DNA from: a virus
Strand: one strand, 5' to 3'
IMG/VR virus record: IMGVR_UViG_3300045988_000692
DNA: 6,844 nucleotides
In this document: positions 4,152 to 6,844 of the stretch, in pieces
How the letters are laid out: each line of letters opens with the position of its first letter
Position numbering within the stretch: position 1 is the first letter of the stretch
Translations under genes and position numbers: made by a program
Notes under the pieces: model-generated
Database searches by the model: none
What the model saw: the letters and a program-made list of their open reading frames with translations, nothing else
What the model was told of the DNA's origin: nothing

Positions 4152-5705
4152 ATGGCTCTTTTTCCTCGTTGCAATAACCCCGTGCCCGTTGCTGGTCGAC
4201 ATGGTTTAACTCTTGTTGGTTGTCACTCATGCATTCAGTGCCGTGTGGCTGCCCAGGAACATCTTTGCAAGATTTTAGAGGTAGAAGCATCTAAACATAA
4301 ATATGTTGAATTTATTACTAATACGTATGATGATTTACATTTACCCTACATAGATACTTCATATATGTACCCCTTCGGTTATGCTTTGCGCATACCTAAT
4401 CGCGTTATTAAGAAGTATAATAGACTTACAAAAAGTTTTTACTTTGTAGAGGATAAAATATCTAAATCATTTCAACTTATTGATTTCTCTACTATTGATA
4501 CTGCTTCTATGTTGCGTGATTATTACGCACGTATAGATAAATATTATAGTAGATTTCCTTCTCGTTCACGTGGTATACGTAATAACTCTGTTATTCCTAT
4601 ACTATGGTATGATGATATTAGAAAATATATAGGTCGTTTAAGAAAGTGGTTTTTAAGAGAATATGGTGAAACAATACGGTACTACGTTATTTGCGAGTAC
4701 GGTTCGCAGTCATTCCGTCCGCATTATCATCTCCTATTATTCCATGACTCGTCTAGAGCGCGAGCAGATTTTAGGATTGTTCGAACTTTGTCCCAATCAA
4801 CCCCAGAAAATCCCAGAGAAATTTGTGTTAAACTCGATTTGGCTGATTTATGGGTCTACGGTGATACGACTTCAAAGGTTACAGACGGCAACATGCAAGA
4901 GTATGTTAGTAAGTATCTTACACAACATTCTGACTTCCCTCGAGTGCTTGACAAGTTTCCACAAAGGAGTTTTCACTCAATCTTATTGGGTTCAAAGGAC
5001 AGAAAAGAGGTTAGAGAATTATTCAAGGCTAGAGATTTCGAAACACTTACAACAGATTATGTTATTAACAAAAAAGGTGTCCGACGTCCTATTTCCATGT
5101 CCGATGCGTATTACTCTCAATTTGCCGTTAAATTTACAGGTTCTTCCTGTTTTAATGTTGCAGAAACTTCTTCCCTTTTTCGTTCGGTGGTATACGTTGC
5201 CCGCCGTTTCTTCGCTACCAAAGGCGAAATCTATGATGACGGACATGTAAGAGAGTTTTTATTGTGGTTGCTTAAGTCATCCACTGCTGAGTTATATAAA
5301 TATAATTATCAGTTTCGTGCTGTTCATTGGTATGCTGTAACTTTTGCTAAACCTATTTATAACAGTTCTGATTCTGTGAATTCTTTAAAATCGTTGCTTT
5401 ATGCTGCACATCATCACTATTCGCTATCCTCCTATTTAGGTTTGGGTTTCTATGAATGTCTTAAGTTACGTTTTGACTTCATATCCTGGAAAGATTACCA
5501 AAATATGGTTCAGTATTTCCAAAATTTGGAAAATGACAAACTATTTGCTTATGAAAATTATGCAAGTATGTCTCCATATACTGGTACTTATGATTTTAAT
5601 ATTTTAAAAACACGGTCTATTTTTCAGCATCAAGTCCAGAAAGCTAATATGGATTTTATTGAAAATGTTAAACACCGTGAAGTTGTTGATTCATATAAAA
5701 ATTAA
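4152..5705 (+). CDS. VP4: Replication initiation protein VP4 (HUH rolling-circle endonuclease, phiX174 gpA-like), 517 aa
   Basis: Motif I-like EFITNTYD. HUH motif in RPHYHLLLF. Catalytic double-tyrosine motif YVSKY (phiX174 gpA has YxxKY). N-terminal Cys cluster C7...C24-x2-C27-x2-C30, as in many microvirus VP4 proteins. Confidence 0.93.
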   Translation: MALFPRCNNPVPVAGRHGLTLVGCHSCIQCRVAAQEHLCKILEVEASKHKYVEFITNTYDDLHLPYIDTSYMYPFGYALRIPNRVIKKYNRLTKSFYFVEDKISKSFQLIDFSTIDTASMLRDYYARIDKYYSRFPSRSRGIRNNSVIPILWYDDIRKYIGRLRKWFLREYGETIRYYVICEYGSQSFRPHYHLLLFHDSSRARADFRIVRTLSQSTPENPREICVKLDLADLWVYGDTTSKVTDGNMQEYVSKYLTQHSDFPRVLDKFPQRSFHSILLGSKDRKEVRELFKARDFETLTTDYVINKKGVRRPISMSDAYYSQFAVKFTGSSCFNVAETSSLFRSVVYVARRFFATKGEIYDDGHVREFLLWLLKSSTAELYKYNYQFRAVHWYAVTFAKPIYNSSDSVNSLKSLLYAAHHHYSLSSYLGLGFYECLKLRFDFISWKDYQNMVQYFQNLENDKLFAYENYASMSPYTGTYDFNILKTRSIFQHQVQKANMDFIENVKHREVVDSYKN

Positions 5706-5710
5706 TTATT

Positions 5711-6844
5711 ATGGCTAATAAAGTTTTAGGTATGCATCGCCTTAAGAACAAGGTAAATCGTAACGCTTTCGATTTGTCTCATCGTCACATGTTTACCGCC
5801 CAAGTTGGTGAATTGTTGCCTGTATTTACTCAGTGGGTTAACCCTAATGAGACTTTTAAAATTGGGTATAATGGTAAGACACGTACTGCTGCACTTAATA
5901 CTGATGCGTTTACTCGTATCCGTGAAAACATACAGTACTATTTTGTGCCTTTTCAGTCACTTTGGAAGTATTTTGAGCAGCAGGTTAATAATATGACTAA
6001 AGGTGATTCTGGACAGAATATTTCTAAGTTTGCTAGTAGTTCTACAGAAGCTTCTAAGATTTCAACGTCTTTGCCTTACATTTCTTATCGTGATTTGGGC
6101 TATTGGTTAAATCTTATTCTTACCCATGCTTTAAATGCTTGTGGTTCTTATTTTGTTGCTCATCCATCTGTCAAAGATCGTTCTACATTAGGTTTTAAGG
6201 ATTACTGTGATTCTAGTTCTAGTTTTTCTGATGTTTTTGTTTGTGACGGTTATCGTTATTGTCGTGCTGCTAAATTGCTTATGGCTTTAGGTTATGGCAA
6301 TTTTGATACCTTAATTCAGTATGATGTTTATGCTATGGCTGAACGTTTCGTTGCAGATGGTAACGAGTGGAATACAGGTTCTTTTTCTTTATCTGAATAT
6401 TTTGTTAAATTTGATGCATCTGAATCAAATATTGTAAATAGTCCTAATCTTTCGATTTTGCCTTTGTTGGCTTATCATAAGATTTGTAATGACCATTATA
6501 GAAATGAGAAATGGCAACCTTTTGAGCCGTGGACTTGTAACATCGATTATTTAAGGCCTACTGATAATATGAACGCTAAAACGTTTATTGCTTCTGATTC
6601 GTTCTCACGGTTAATGACTACTATTATTGATTTGGAAAATTCTAATCTTCCAATTGATTATTTTACCTCAGTACTTCCACGTGCTCAATATGGTGATGAA
6701 TCTGCGGTACCTATTGGTTTGGATAATACTGACGCTACTTATATTGTTAAGGATTCTGCAGACTCTTCTAAGGGTGTTCTTTTTGGTTCATCGTCTCATA
6801 CTCCTAATGATACTTTAGTGAAAGCTGATGAAGCTCCTACACCT
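5711..6844 (+). CDS. VP1: Major capsid protein VP1 (F-like), N-terminal 378 codons. The frame is open to the window end and continues at 56..976.
   Basis: I translated it by hand with no stop: MANKVLGMHRLKNKVNRNAFDLSHRHMFTAQVGELLPVFTQWVNPNETFKIGYNGKTRTAALNTDAFTRIRENIQYYFVPFQSLW... This carries the conserved microvirus capsid N-terminal pattern (RNxFDLS, GELLPV, TRTxxLNTxAFxRxxE, FVPxxxLW). Later comes LLAYHKICNDHYRNEKWQP. It is absent from the ORF track only because no stop lies inside the window. Confidence 0.93.
   Translation, partial: MANKVLGMHRLKNKVNRNAFDLSHRHMFTAQVGELLPVFTQWVNPNETFKIGYNGKTRTAALNTDAFTRIRENIQYYFVPFQSLWKYFEQQVNNMTKGDSGQNISKFASSSTEASKISTSLPYISYRDLGYWLNLILTHALNACGSYFVAHPSVKDRSTLGFKDYCDSSSSFSDVFVCDGYRYCRAAKLLMALGYGNFDTLIQYDVYAMAERFVADGNEWNTGSFSLSEYFVKFDASESNIVNSPNLSILPLLAYHKICNDHYRNEKWQPFEPWTCNIDYLRPTDNMNAKTFIASDSFSRLMTTIIDLENSNLPIDYFTSVLPRAQYGDESAVPIGLDNTDATYIVKDSADSSKGVLFGSSSHTPNDTLVKADEAPTP
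6790..6844. repeat. Terminal direct repeat, copy 2 (exact duplicate of 1..55)
   Basis: Same 55-mer as at 1..55. Confidence 0.95.

Noticed and set aside
4473-4487. CAACTTATTGATTTC inside rep begins with the phiX174 origin hexamer CAACTT, about 320 nt into the gene, similar to the origin position in phiX174 gene A.
   Set aside because: Only the hexamer matches, and one or two occurrences are expected by chance in 6.8 kb. The catalytic motifs of this Rep sit at different relative positions from gpA, so the positional similarity is probably coincidental.

Overview
The window is one complete circular ssDNA phage genome of the family Microviridae, linearised inside the major capsid gene. Bases 1..55 are an exact copy of 6790..6844, so the unit genome is 6,789 nt, and the capsid reading frame runs without a stop from 5711 across the junction to 976. 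All supported genes are on the + strand in a tightly packed order: three small ORFs (3547..4149), then VP4/Rep, an HUH replication initiator (4152..5705). These are followed by VP1 major capsid (5711..6844 plus 56..976, about 684 aa), a 149-aa acidic protein (994..1443) and VP2, a pilot/minor capsid protein (1452..2909). A strong intrinsic terminator lies at 2916..2948. The large VP1, the gene order and the host signals fit the Bacteroidetes-associated (Alpavirinae-like) microviruses rather than the phiX174 or gokushovirus groups. Those host signals are no Shine-Dalgarno motifs upstream of any gene, TAnnTTTG promoter-like boxes and a Bacteroidetes-style lipoprotein signal peptide. Beyond the standard core, four things deserve a second look: (1) a 637-nt ORF-free region (2910..3546) holding a 67-nt compound hairpin with an alternating purine/pyrimidine GC core and a second nested hairpin; (2) a small accessory cassette encoding a 71-aa predicted lipoprotein and an overlapping 59-aa membrane protein, which are candidates for lysis or superinfection exclusion; (3) a 195-codon off-frame ORF inside rep, in a region where rep codon usage shifts; (4) a short phiX174-origin-like motif just after the terminator. 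There is no rRNA, canonical tRNA, CRISPR array, integrase or transposase.
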